From positions 704,001-768,000 of the forward strand of contig CAWEMM010000006.1 of the NCBI GenBank assembly GCA_963810095.1: DNA of 64,000 nucleotides. The letters are read 5' to 3'. The translations under genes and the position numbers were made by a program. This stretch comes from an uncultured Chloroflexia bacterium (GTDB taxonomy: Bacteria > Chloroflexota > Anaerolineae > CG2-30-64-16). Under the pieces are notes generated by a model that saw only the letters and a list, made by a program, of their open reading frames with translations, had not been told where the DNA came from and did not search any database. This document shows positions 53,568 to 63,460 of the stretch, piece after piece; within the stretch, counting starts at the first letter, position 1, and every line of letters begins with the position of its first letter.

Positions 53568-54050
53568 TTATAACCTCAGCCAGGTCAGGTCGTCAGTTTG
53601 TACATGGATGACGCCGTCGTCGTCGATGAAACGCTCGACCGCGTCCTGTGGGAAAGCTATCAGATCGAACGGCGCGGTGCGGTCCAGGCCCTTGGTTGCC
53701 CGGCCCACGATTTCGGCCAGCGGCCCCAGCGGCGCGCCCCACTTCGCAAGGGCGAAGTGCGTGCGCCTGTAGCGCCGGGCGAGCGAGCGAATCTTCGCAG
53801 TGGAGACCTCGCCTGCCTCGCCCCAGAACACGGGCTCGCCTGTCGAATCGAGCGCGACCACGTCCGGCTTGTAGCGGTCGCCGATCTTGATCTCGACCAC
53901 GAGCTCGGGGTACTGCGGCAGGTACAGCGCCCACACGAGCGCCTTCATCACCACATGCTCCGTACTCTCCACCGGCTTCTTGACAAACACCACTTGGCGT
54001 CCGTGTGCGCGCAGCGTCCATTTGCGCCGCAGGTGCAAGTCGTCCGTCAT
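53568..54050 (-). CDS. YaeQ-like PD-(D/E)xK-fold protein
   Basis: ESTEHVVMK, YKPDVVALD...FWGEAG; GGAGG RBS. Confidence 0.6.
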   Translation of the reverse strand: MTDDLHLRRKWTLRAHGRQVVFVKKPVESTEHVVMKALVWALYLPQYPELVVEIKIGDRYKPDVVALDSTGEPVFWGEAGEVSTAKIRSLARRYRRTHFALAKWGAPLGPLAEIVGRATKGLDRTAPFDLIAFPQDAVERFIDDDGVIHVQTDDLTWLRL

Positions 54051-54153
54051 GCGGGCCGGCTCCCTCCAGCGTGCGCACGCATCCTTCGACTACGCCGCGC
54101 CTCGTCGAAGCGGTCTCTGCTCTGGACGCCTGGATTCATCCCTCCAAGCACGC

Positions 54154-55586
54154 TCATTCCGCACGCTCGCCCGTCGCGCCCTCGCGCAGCGCGCGATAGT
54201 CGGCCCGCAGCGCCGCCAGCTCGCCGCTCGGCAATGGGTGATCGCCGTAGTGCACGCGCATGTAGGCCAGCGTGATCCTACGCAAGCGCTCATCCTGCCC
54301 AGGGAACGCCTCGGCCAGGACAGGCAGGTACACGTCGGGCGGCTGGCTGGCGCGGCGGGGGTGGCCGCGCTGCCGGGCGATGCGACAGACGTTGGCGTAG
54401 ATGTTCTGCACCGAGATGGCCGCCAACAGCTCTCGCCCCACGCCAAACCGGCGGATCAGGGCGCCCGCGCCCCGCAGCGCATCCCCTGCCCGCCCGAAAA
54501 GACCGCCCCCAAACGTGGCCCGCTCGAGCCCTTCGTCCTCATCCTCGCTGCGCAGCCCGCTCTTGCGCACCCGTTCCAGGTAGAGCAGGAGGAAGATGAT
54601 CGCGCCCACGACGACGAGGACGAGCATGAGACCCAGGATCGCATCCCGGGCGAGGTCAAACGGCCAGCGCGGCAGATTCTCGAACGGGCTCGTGCCCGTT
54701 CCACTCCCGCTGACGCCGGGGTTCAGCTCCGCACCGCTGTTTCGCCCGCGGTTCAGCAGATCGGTCAACCAGGCCTCGAACCAAAGCAGCACGGGGTCGA
54801 GCAGCCGGCCGAGCAGGACGGTCAGCGCGAGCAGCAGCGGCTTGATAACCTGCCAAAGCGGGTCGAACAGCCGGAAGAAGGCGGTAATACCGGCTCGCGT
54901 GTAGGCAAGGGAGAACAAGGCGGTGGCTGCTACCGCGACCAGCACGGCCAGCCCGATCTGCACGAGGCGGCGCAGGGGCAGCAGGCGGCCGCTGCTTTGT
55001 GCCTCGCTCGCCTTCTCCGACACCCGGCTGATTGCGACCGCGGCCAGCCCAAAGGCCAGGTAGAGCCACAGCAGGCCAATCGCCGCCGCCCCGCGCAGCC
55101 CGGACAGCAGCGCGCCGCCCAGGAGCAGCAGGAGCAGGCCGACCCGGAACGTGACGCCCACGCTGAAGAAGTTCAGGTCGCGCGAGGTCGCGGCGGAGGC
55201 GCGCTGCCACAAGAGCACGTTGAGGCCCCCCAGGACGAGGAGCGGCGGGAGCCCCCCGCGCCAGTTGGCGGTCTCGCCCAACCCGCGTCCGATCCACGAA
55301 AGATCCCACGGCGGGCCGCCGGGATATAGCACGAACCGGGCGAGCAGCACCGTCACGAGGACCAGCCCACCCAAAGCGACCAGGTCGTAGCGCGGCGAGT
55401 CGGCCGCCCGGCTGAGCAACTCGAGTGCCAGCATCCACCCGACCAGCCCGGCCGCGCACACGAGATAGGCCGGCGCGATGGATAACGGTCGCGGCCACGC
55501 TAGCAGGAAAACGCGCTGATCCAGGTCGCCTGCATCAGTGCGAGCAGGAGGTGGAGGAGGGCGATCCGGCGATTGGCGAGCAGCAT
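54154..55586 (-). CDS. DUF4129-domain multi-pass membrane protein; 5' frameshift
   Basis: Many TM segments; IYANVC...GHPRRASQPP...ITLAYMRVHYG. Confidence 0.78.
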
Positions 55587-55598
55587 GACGCCGGCCTC

Positions 55599-56951
55599 CT
55601 ACACCGCTGCCGGCGCGATCACGTCGGCCACCAGGTGCGGCAGATGATAGACCGTGATGCCCGGCAGCAGCCGCTCGGGCGGCTGCTCGGCCAGGGTGAA
55701 GAGGACCACTTTGCGTCCGGCGCGGCGGAGATCGAGCAGCGCGGCGAGCAGATCGTCGTGTGCGATGGCGGTGACCACCAGGAGCGTGGCGCCCCAGGGC
55801 AGGCGCGGCGACTCATGCAGCAGCAAGTTCTCGATCGGGGAGGATGCAAACGGCGTCACAGCCGCGAGCAATTCCAGGATGCGGACCAACTGGCCGGGGC
55901 TGCGGCCGGGCAGCAGCCTGAGCGGCTGGTCGCTGCCGGGCAGTACGCCGTTCGCAATCAAGCCAACGGGCAGCCGCTCGTCCGAACAGACCTGGGCCAG
56001 GCTGCCTGCCACGCTCACGGCCCGTTCCATCAACTCGGGGATGTGGCCCAGCCAATGCCGTTCGAGGGTCGCGACGTTCAGGAAGATCAGCACCTGGGGC
56101 TCCTGCGTCGGCTCGTACTGGCGCGAGAGCAGCTCCTGGTGCCGAGCGGTCGCCTTCCAGTGCACCCGCTTCAGCCCGTCTTCCGGCTGCCAGCCACGGA
56201 TGCCGGCGGTGCGCAGCGGGTCTTCGACCAGCCGGGCATCCGCAGTGCGCTCGCCAAAAGGATTCTTCGCGGGCAGGCGCAGTTCTTCAGCCGGATAGAG
56301 CCGCGGGTAGACGATGAGGCGCTGCAGCCCGGGAAGGGTGCCCCGGCGGGTAAACATGCCGAAGCCGTCACCCGTCGTCAGCGTGGCAGGCCCGTAGAGG
56401 TAATACCCGCGCTTGTCGCACTGCACTTTGAAGCGCCGGGTCAGGCGGCCGAAGATACCCGGGTTCCAGAAGGAAAGGAACTCCCCCTGGTTGGTCGCCG
56501 CGTTCATGCGGACTTCGTGCCCTGCCACGGTGAGGTTGGCCGGAAAGCCATCTACCACGTGCAGCCAGGTCACCGGAAGGAATTTGCGATTGCGCACCTC
56601 GAGCGTCAGCTCGACCGTCTCGCCAAGAAAGGCCCGCGTTTCCGACAGCTTCCGGGTATAGTCCACGCCGTAAAGTGCGAGCGCGTTCCACACTGCCGCC
56701 AGCGCCGGCAAGACGAGCAGCGCGCCTGCGCCGGCAAGCAGGAACGCATTCCGGGTGGCCAGCCCCCCAACCGTGAGCAGGACGGCAAGGAGAATCCAGG
56801 CGTCGGTAAACTGCGTGTCCTTCGAGTTGTCGACGAATCGTTTGCCGCGCAGCTCGCCGACCGCGCGGTCGTACGCCCGGCGGCCTAGCTGCGCCGTTGG
56901 GCGCCGCCTCATCTCCTGCCGGACATTTTCCTCAATGCCGGGATCGACCAT
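55599..56951 (-). CDS. DUF58 domain protein
   Basis: RGYY, GDGFG, LIVYP, IRGWQPEDGLKRVHWKATAR. Confidence 0.9.
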   Translation of the reverse strand: MVDPGIEENVRQEMRRRPTAQLGRRAYDRAVGELRGKRFVDNSKDTQFTDAWILLAVLLTVGGLATRNAFLLAGAGALLVLPALAAVWNALALYGVDYTRKLSETRAFLGETVELTLEVRNRKFLPVTWLHVVDGFPANLTVAGHEVRMNAATNQGEFLSFWNPGIFGRLTRRFKVQCDKRGYYLYGPATLTTGDGFGMFTRRGTLPGLQRLIVYPRLYPAEELRLPAKNPFGERTADARLVEDPLRTAGIRGWQPEDGLKRVHWKATARHQELLSRQYEPTQEPQVLIFLNVATLERHWLGHIPELMERAVSVAGSLAQVCSDERLPVGLIANGVLPGSDQPLRLLPGRSPGQLVRILELLAAVTPFASSPIENLLLHESPRLPWGATLLVVTAIAHDDLLAALLDLRRAGRKVVLFTLAEQPPERLLPGITVYHLPHLVADVIAPAAV

Positions 56952-57890
56952 TTACTCCACCACCGGCACCGGGACGGCCGAAATCACCTCTTCGACCACC
57001 TGCTCCGGCGTTCGGCCGCGCAGCCGGACCTGGGGGCTGATGTGAACCCGATGGACCAGCACCGGCGTGGACAGGTGCTGAACGTCGGAGGGAATGACGA
57101 AATCGCGGCCGCGCAGGGCCGCCAGCGCCTGGCTGGCTTTGAACAACGCGAGCGTGCCCCGTGGCGACACGCCCAGGTCCACAGCCTCGTGCTCACGGGT
57201 GGCGCGGCAGACCCGGACGATGTAATGCCGGACGTCAGGATGGACGTGAACCTTGCACACGTCAGCCTGGAGCGCCCGCACCTGGTCGCCCGAGGCCACC
57301 GGCGACAAGCCGACGATGGGGTCGTCGGCCATGTAGCGCAGCAGAATCTCGTCTTCCTCTGCCTCGCTCGGATAGCCGGGCTTGAGCAGCATCAGGAAGC
57401 GGTCTTGCTGGGCCTCGGGCAGCGGGAAGGTCCCCTCGAGCTCGATGGGATTCTGCGTCGCCAGCACGAGGAAAGGCGGCGCGAGCGGGTAGGTCTGGCC
57501 GTCCGCCGTGACCTGGCTTTCTTGCATCGCTTCCAGCAAGGCCGATTGGGTGCGCGGGGTGGCCCGGTTAATCTCGTCCGCGAGGAGCACGTTGCTGAAG
57601 ATCGGGCCCGGCCGGAACTCGAACTCGCCGGCCCTCTGGTTGTAGATGGAGAGCCCCGTGACGTCGGACGGGAGCAGGTCGGGCGTGAACTGGACGCGCG
57701 CGAACCGCATGTCCAGGCTGCGCGCGAGCGCCTTCGCCAGCGTCGTTTTGCCCGTGCCCGGCACGTCTTCGATCAGCACGTGCCCCTCGACCAGAAGCGC
57801 GGTGAGCAGCAGCTCGATTGTGCTGGCTTTGCCGATGATGGCCCGGCCGACGCTGTCCTGCACCGCCTGGCTAAACTGCGAAAAATCCAT
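56952..57890 (-). CDS. moxR: MoxR family AAA+ ATPase
   Basis: EDVPGTGKT, RVQFTPDLLPSDVTG, LADEINRA, ATQNPIE, FPLPEAQ, GVSPRG. Confidence 0.95.
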   Translation of the reverse strand: MDFSQFSQAVQDSVGRAIIGKASTIELLLTALLVEGHVLIEDVPGTGKTTLAKALARSLDMRFARVQFTPDLLPSDVTGLSIYNQRAGEFEFRPGPIFSNVLLADEINRATPRTQSALLEAMQESQVTADGQTYPLAPPFLVLATQNPIELEGTFPLPEAQQDRFLMLLKPGYPSEAEEDEILLRYMADDPIVGLSPVASGDQVRALQADVCKVHVHPDVRHYIVRVCRATREHEAVDLGVSPRGTLALFKASQALAALRGRDFVIPSDVQHLSTPVLVHRVHISPQVRLRGRTPEQVVEEVISAVPVPVVE

Positions 57891-57916
57891 ATGCCTACAC
57901 TTCCCAAACGTCGTTC

Positions 57917-57990
57917 AGCACAAAGACACGAAGGCACCAAGTTCCTCGAAGAAACTTTGTGGGTCTTCGTGTCTTTGCGCCTTTGTGGTT
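57917..57990. repeat. Palindromic intergenic repeat (8-mer family), copy 7
   Basis: AGCACAAAGACACGAAGGCACCAAG...CTTCGTGTCTTTGCGCCTTTGTGGTT; abuts the S9 stop codon. Confidence 0.85.
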
Positions 57991-59947
57991 AACTCAGCTT
58001 CTCCTTGAAGAAGCACGTGATCTCGTTATAACACCGGACCTTGTTTTCGAGCTTGGTCACGTCGTGGCCTTCGTTCTCGAACAACAGCAGCGTGACGTCC
58101 TTGCCCTGCGCTTGCAGGTTGCGCACCAGGTCCTCCGACTCGGCGGCGACGACCCGCGGGTCGTTGCGGCCCTGGATCACGAGCATCGGGCAGGCCAATT
58201 GGTGCAGGTAGGTCGACGGCGAGCGCTCGAGCAGCCACTCGCGGTCGCGTTCCGGATGACCCAGCACGATCTCGAAGTACGGCTTCCACGTTTCCGGAAT
58301 GCGTTCGAGGAACGTGACCAGGTTGTACGGGCCGAACATGTCGACCGCTGCCGACCACAAGTCCGGGTGCATCCCCGCCTGCATCAGGGTCATGTAGCCG
58401 CCGTAGGAGCGCCCGACCACGCCGGCGCGGGACGTATCGACCCGCGGGTGGTTCTTGAGGCTTTGCAGGCCCGCGACCTGGTCGAGCCGGTCCTGGCCGC
58501 CCCAGTCGCGATCTACCCGCTTGGTGTAGTCCAAGCCGTAGCCGTGGCTGCCGCGCACATTCGGCACGAAGACGGCGATGCCGTTCAGCGTCAGGAATTG
58601 GATCAGCGGCATCGAGAACCAGGTGAAATCCGGCCGCTCCTGGCCCTGCGGGCCGCCGTGGATGTAGACGACAAGCGGCCGCTTGCCCTCGAAACCCAGC
58701 TCAGGTGCGGGCAGGTAGAGCCGGGCGGGCACATGCAGCCCGTCGTGCGAGGTGAAGCCGGCATCTTCGCCGCGGGCGAGCAGCCTGTCGGGGATGCCGA
58801 GCACGCGGTTGCGTGTCAACTGCGTGACGCGCTTGCCCGTCTCACCGGCAAACGACGCGGGCAGTGGATCGACCTGCTCGACCAGGAAGATCTGAGAAGG
58901 CGAGGTGGCCGTGGAGAAGCCGACCGCGTAGGCATCGCTGGCGGAATCGTAGCGAATGGAGTGCTCGGCAACGCCCCCTGCAAGCGGGCCGTCGCCGCAG
59001 ATCACAGGCCCCAGGGTCATCCGCAGGGTGGTCCTGCCGAATGTGCCTTCGTAAGCCCACGTCTCGCCGTCGATGTTGTAAACGACGAGATACCGGTCGC
59101 CGTGCAGATACTGGAGGTCTTCGAGCTCCCCGCTCGCTTCGTGCACCGCCCCGACGATCTCCACCGGGCGCACACGCTCCGCATGGTCAAGGGTGAAATA
59201 GGCCAGGCCTCCCCGATCGTCGAACAGCGTGCACGTCATCAGGACGCCGTCGGGAGCGACCGGGTATGCGGCGCGAATGCCGTTGAGAGGCGTCTTCTGG
59301 CCCGGCGTCCGCTGGGCCATCGGCACACCGAATATCGTCTGCAGCGAAGCATCCTGAGCGGAACGCAGTGGAGTCGAAGGATCCTGCCACAGGAACAGCG
59401 CGACGTCTCCCTCCTCGTAGCTCTGGCCGAGGACGACCGTCGTCAGGTCGTCGTTCGCGCCCAGCGGGCTGTACCCGTAGGGTCCCGAGCCCAGCAGCGC
59501 CAACTCACCGGTGCTCAAATCGACGCGGAACGTATCGACCACCGGCTCCTTCCGGCGATCGACGCCGAGGAACGCGAGGTTCCGTTCGCCGTCCGCATGC
59601 TCGAGCGAGCACTGCATGCCTGCAAACTGCGGGAACAGGGGCGCCGGTATGCCGCCCTCGAGCGGCAACACCATGGGCTGGTAATTCTCGTCACCGTCCC
59701 GGTCGATCATGACGATCACCTTGCCCAACTGAGGAAAGACATAAAATGGGAGCCCATCGAGCAATGTCGGAGTCATGAGCGCAACGTTCGGCGGCAGCAG
59801 CCTCTCGGGCACGCTGCCAGCCCGGTCCATCGCGTACAGGCTCAGCCGGCCCGAAAGATCGCTGATGAAGTAGACCCGGTCGCCGGCCAGCTGCGGCCTG
59901 AGGAACAACGGCGCCGCAAGCAGCGACTCGACTTTGAAGTCGGGCAT
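57989..59947 (-). CDS. S9 family serine peptidase (prolyl oligopeptidase/acylaminoacyl peptidase)
   Basis: HGGP, NVRGSHGYG, GRSYGG, QGRNDPRV, NEGH. Confidence 0.92.
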   Translation of the reverse strand: MPDFKVESLLAAPLFLRPQLAGDRVYFISDLSGRLSLYAMDRAGSVPERLLPPNVALMTPTLLDGLPFYVFPQLGKVIVMIDRDGDENYQPMVLPLEGGIPAPLFPQFAGMQCSLEHADGERNLAFLGVDRRKEPVVDTFRVDLSTGELALLGSGPYGYSPLGANDDLTTVVLGQSYEEGDVALFLWQDPSTPLRSAQDASLQTIFGVPMAQRTPGQKTPLNGIRAAYPVAPDGVLMTCTLFDDRGGLAYFTLDHAERVRPVEIVGAVHEASGELEDLQYLHGDRYLVVYNIDGETWAYEGTFGRTTLRMTLGPVICGDGPLAGGVAEHSIRYDSASDAYAVGFSTATSPSQIFLVEQVDPLPASFAGETGKRVTQLTRNRVLGIPDRLLARGEDAGFTSHDGLHVPARLYLPAPELGFEGKRPLVVYIHGGPQGQERPDFTWFSMPLIQFLTLNGIAVFVPNVRGSHGYGLDYTKRVDRDWGGQDRLDQVAGLQSLKNHPRVDTSRAGVVGRSYGGYMTLMQAGMHPDLWSAAVDMFGPYNLVTFLERIPETWKPYFEIVLGHPERDREWLLERSPSTYLHQLACPMLVIQGRNDPRVVAAESEDLVRNLQAQGKDVTLLLFENEGHDVTKLENKVRCYNEITCFFKEKLS

Positions 59948-59990
59948 GAATCCTCCTGAGTTAATCGTGCCGACAAGTATACCACACTCC

Positions 59991-60024
59991 TTGACACCCC
60001 CCTCTCTGTGATCTTATAATCACA
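59991..60024 (+). promoter_or_regulatory. Consensus sigma70 promoter with overlapping palindrome
   Basis: TTGACA-N18-TATAAT; TGTGAT-N6-ATCACA at 60007-60024. Confidence 0.7.
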
Positions 60025-60200
60025 ATACAAAGCTTTATGTCACGGTCGTCCTTGCCCTGTCCAGCCGGTGTCGAGTCGCTGTAATCCCCCCTTTGCGTCA
60101 TCACCGACCGGCCAGCGCGCGCAGTGTTGCCGCGGCCCCTTGTGAGGTTACCTGGTCTGGTTGCCCAGCGAGAAGCCTAGAGCTAGCGAGGAGTGCAGAG

Positions 60201-61908
60201 ATGGAAAAACCATGGCAGGCGTTTTACGAGCCGGAAGTACCGCACAGCATCGACTATCCGTTGGAACCGCTTCACCAGATGCTCGAGAACAGCGCACGCA
60301 AGTATCCCGAGCACCTGGCCCTCAAACTGATTCTCCGCTACCTCGGCCCGCTCCGGTTAGGCGGCACGATGACCTACCGGGAGCTTCTCAACAACGTCGA
60401 CCGTTTTGCGGCTGCGCTGCACGCCCTCGGCGTTCGCAAGGGCGACCGCGTCGCGTCTGATGCTGCCCAACCTGCCCCAGTTTGTGATCGCGTTTTTCGG
60501 CGCGCTGAAGGTCGGCGCTGTCGTAGTAAACACCAATCCCACCTACACGGCCCGCGAGATCGAACACCAGTTTGCCGACTCTGGCTGCGAGACCGTGGTC
60601 TTGCTGAGTGCGTTTTACGACCGGCTCAAAGAGGTGCAGGAGCATACGCAGGTCAAGCGGGTCATCATTTGCGACGTGACCGATTACGTGGCCGCGCCCG
60701 GCAGCATGCTGGCGCAGCGCACGCTCAAGAAGCACGGCCAGATGGTCGACATCACTTTGGGCAACGGCATTTATTCCTTCAAGAAGCTACTGGAACAACA
60801 CCCGGAAGCCCCGCCGCGCGTAACGACTGATCCCCACGAAGTCGCCCTCTTCCAGTACACCGGGGGAACGACGGGCGTGCCGAAAGCCGCGTGCCTCACC
60901 CACTATAACCTTGTCGCCAACACGATCCAGGTCAAGAACTGGATGAAGAACCTCGAAGAAGGGAACGAGCGCATGATGGGCGCGATCCCCTTCTTCCACG
61001 TCTACGGTATGACCGTGGCGATGCTGCTGTCGGCCTACATGGCGGCGGAGTTGATCATTGTGCCCAACCCCCGGCCCATCGACGGGGTCATGCTGGCGAT
61101 TCAGAAAGAGCGTGCGAGCATCTTCCCCGGCGTCCCCACGATGTATATCGGCATCATCAACCACCCGGAGGTCCAGAAGTACGATCTGAAGTCGGTGAAG
61201 GCGTGCATCAGCGGCGCGGCGCCGCTGCCCATGGACGTGCAGATCAAATTCGGGGAGATCACCGGCGGCCGCCTGGTCGAAGGCTACGGCCTGACCGAAG
61301 CCGCGCCGGTGACCCACTGCAACCCGATCTACGGCCAGCGCAAGGCCGGCTCCATCGGCCTGCCCCTGCCCGACGTGGACGCACGCATCTTCGACTACGA
61401 GAAGTTCGTCGAGAAGCCGGTGGGTGAAGAAGGCGAGTTGTGGCTCAAGGGCCCCCAGGTGATGCAGGGCTACTATAACAAGTCGGACGAGACCGCGAAC
61501 ACCATCACCCAGGACGGGTGGCTGCGCACCGGCGATATTGCCCGCCAGGACGAAGAAGGCTACTTCTATATCGTCGACCGGCTGAAGGACATCATCATCG
61601 CGTCCGGCTTCAATATTGTCCCGCGCGAGGTGGAGGAAGTCCTCTTCCTGCACCCCAAGGTGCAGGAGGCGGTGGTCGCCGGCGTGCCCGACAAGTACCG
61701 CGGGGAAACAGTGAAGGCCTACGTCGTGCTGAAGCCACAAGAGACCTGCACCGCGGACGAGATCAAGAAGTTCTGCGAAGAACGGCTGGCGCCGTACAAG
61801 GTGCCCAAGCAGATCGAGTTCCGCTCCGAGCTGCCGAAGACGCAGGTCGGCAAGTTCCTGCGCAGGGTGCTCGTCGAGGAAGAAAAGAAGAAGCTAGAAA
61901 AGGCATAG
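60201..61908 (+). CDS. Long-chain fatty-acid-CoA ligase (FadD-type); frameshift near 60455
   Basis: MEKPWQAFY, QYTGGTTGVPK, EGYGLTE, RTGD, DRLKD, PKTQVGK. Confidence 0.92.
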
Positions 61909-61916
61909 GGAATAGG

Positions 61917-62000
61917 ACGCAGATTGAACTGATCGGACTGATTTACCTGATCCTGTCTGATAGGAATCATGTAAATCAGTCTGGTCAGTTGAATCTGCGT
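61917..62000. repeat. Long imperfect palindrome built of 9-nt CWGAT-containing units
   Basis: ACGCAGATTGAACTGATCGGACTGATTTACCTGAT...ATCATGTAAATCAGTCTGGTCAGTTGAATCTGCGT. Confidence 0.75.
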
Positions 62001-62031
62001 GCCATGCCTCTGCCAACAGGGAATAGACTCC

Positions 62032-63380
62032 ATGTGTGACACCGTCGTTGCCCTGTCCGCCGCCACCGCCGACGGCTCGGTGCTGTTCGCAAAGAACAGC
62101 GACCGCGAGCCGAACGAGGCGCAAGCCATCACCTTCGTCCCACGCTGCGAGTACCCCGCGGGCGCGTCCCTTCAGTGCACATACGTTGCGATCCCGCAGG
62201 TGCGCGAGACCTGGGCCGTCCTGCTTTCGCGACCCTTCTGGATGTGGGGCGCGGAGATGGGCGCAAACGAGCACGGCGTCGTCATCGGCAACGAGGCGAT
62301 CTTCGCCAAGGCCAAGCCGGCCAAGACCGGCCTCACCGGCATGGACCTGCTGCGGCTGGCCCTCGAACGCAGCACGTCGGCCGACGAGGCGTTGGAAACA
62401 ATTACCTCGCTGCTCGGGGCCCACGGCCAGGGCGGCTCGGGCGGCTACGGGCACGCGTTCTACTACCACAACAGTTATCTGATCGCGGACCGCTCGACGG
62501 CCTGGGTGCTGGAGACCGTGGGGCGCGAGTCGGCCGCGCGCCGCGTGCGCGAGGTCGCAACGATTTCGAACGGCCTGACCATCGAAGACAACTTCGACCT
62601 GGCTTCCCCTGCAGTGCTCGCACCCCGTGAGGCCGGCTCGACGGCCTACAGCTTCCGCCGCGCGTACTCCGACCGGCTCTACACGGGCTTCAGCGGCTCG
62701 CACAACCGGCAGTGTTCCACGGAGGCGTCTCTGAAGGGTTCGGGCGGCGCAACCGTCGAGAGCCTGTTTGCTCTGCTGCGGAGGCACGCCCGGTCTGACC
62801 GCTACGACCCCGCCCACGGCTCCAACGCCGACGTCTGTATGCATTTCGGCGGCGGCCCAATTCGCGTGAACCAAACCACCGGCTCGATGGTGGCCCACCT
62901 GCGAACCGATGGAACGGCAACCTATTGGCTGACCGGGACAAGCGCGCCCTGCCTCAGCCTGTTCAAGCCCTTCTCGTTCGACGGCTTTCGCTCCGGCGCC
63001 GCCTCACAATTGCTGTCGGCCCTCGGTCCCGAGCCCGGGACCCAGGACGACGGCGACGCCGGCAACGGCGTTGCATCGCTCTGGTGGCAAGGCGAGCGCC
63101 TCCACCGGGCCGTCCTGCGCGACTATCCTGCCCGCTCGGCCGCGTTCCTCCCAGAGCTCGCAGGCTCCAGGCCGAATTTGCGGCTTGCGCAGCCGACGCA
63201 AGCCGCGGCCAGAATATCGACGCAGCCACCTCCGCCAGCCTCGTGATGCAAGCGCGCAGCGCCGTCGCGGGCTGGACCGGCCGGGTGGAAGCCTTGCGGC
63301 CCCGCACGGGGGGCTTCTCGTTCTATCAACGCGCCTGGCACGCGCAGAACCAGGCCGCACAACTGCCCATGGGCGAGTAG
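62032..63380 (+). CDS. Secernin / C69 dipeptidase (Ntn hydrolase); frameshift near 63165
   Basis: MCDT N-terminal nucleophile, AKNSDREPNE, WGAEMGANEHGVVIGNE, GMDLLRLALER, TSAPCLSLFKP. Confidence 0.92.
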
Positions 63381-63402
63381 CCTCCCGCATAATTGTTCTG
63401 CC

Positions 63403-63431
63403 TTGCGTTACCACTTCCCGCGGTTTACAAT
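63403..63431 (+). promoter_or_regulatory. Sigma70-type promoter of the DMT gene
   Basis: TTGCGT-N17-TACAAT. Confidence 0.5.
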
Positions 63432-63460
63432 GCCCCTAACCAGCCGTTCGGAGTCATTTG

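Noticed and set aside
23773-57990. 8-mer repeats as a CRISPR array or IS/MITE ends
   Set aside because: They are dispersed single palindromes with no spacers, cas genes, transposase or clear target-site duplication.
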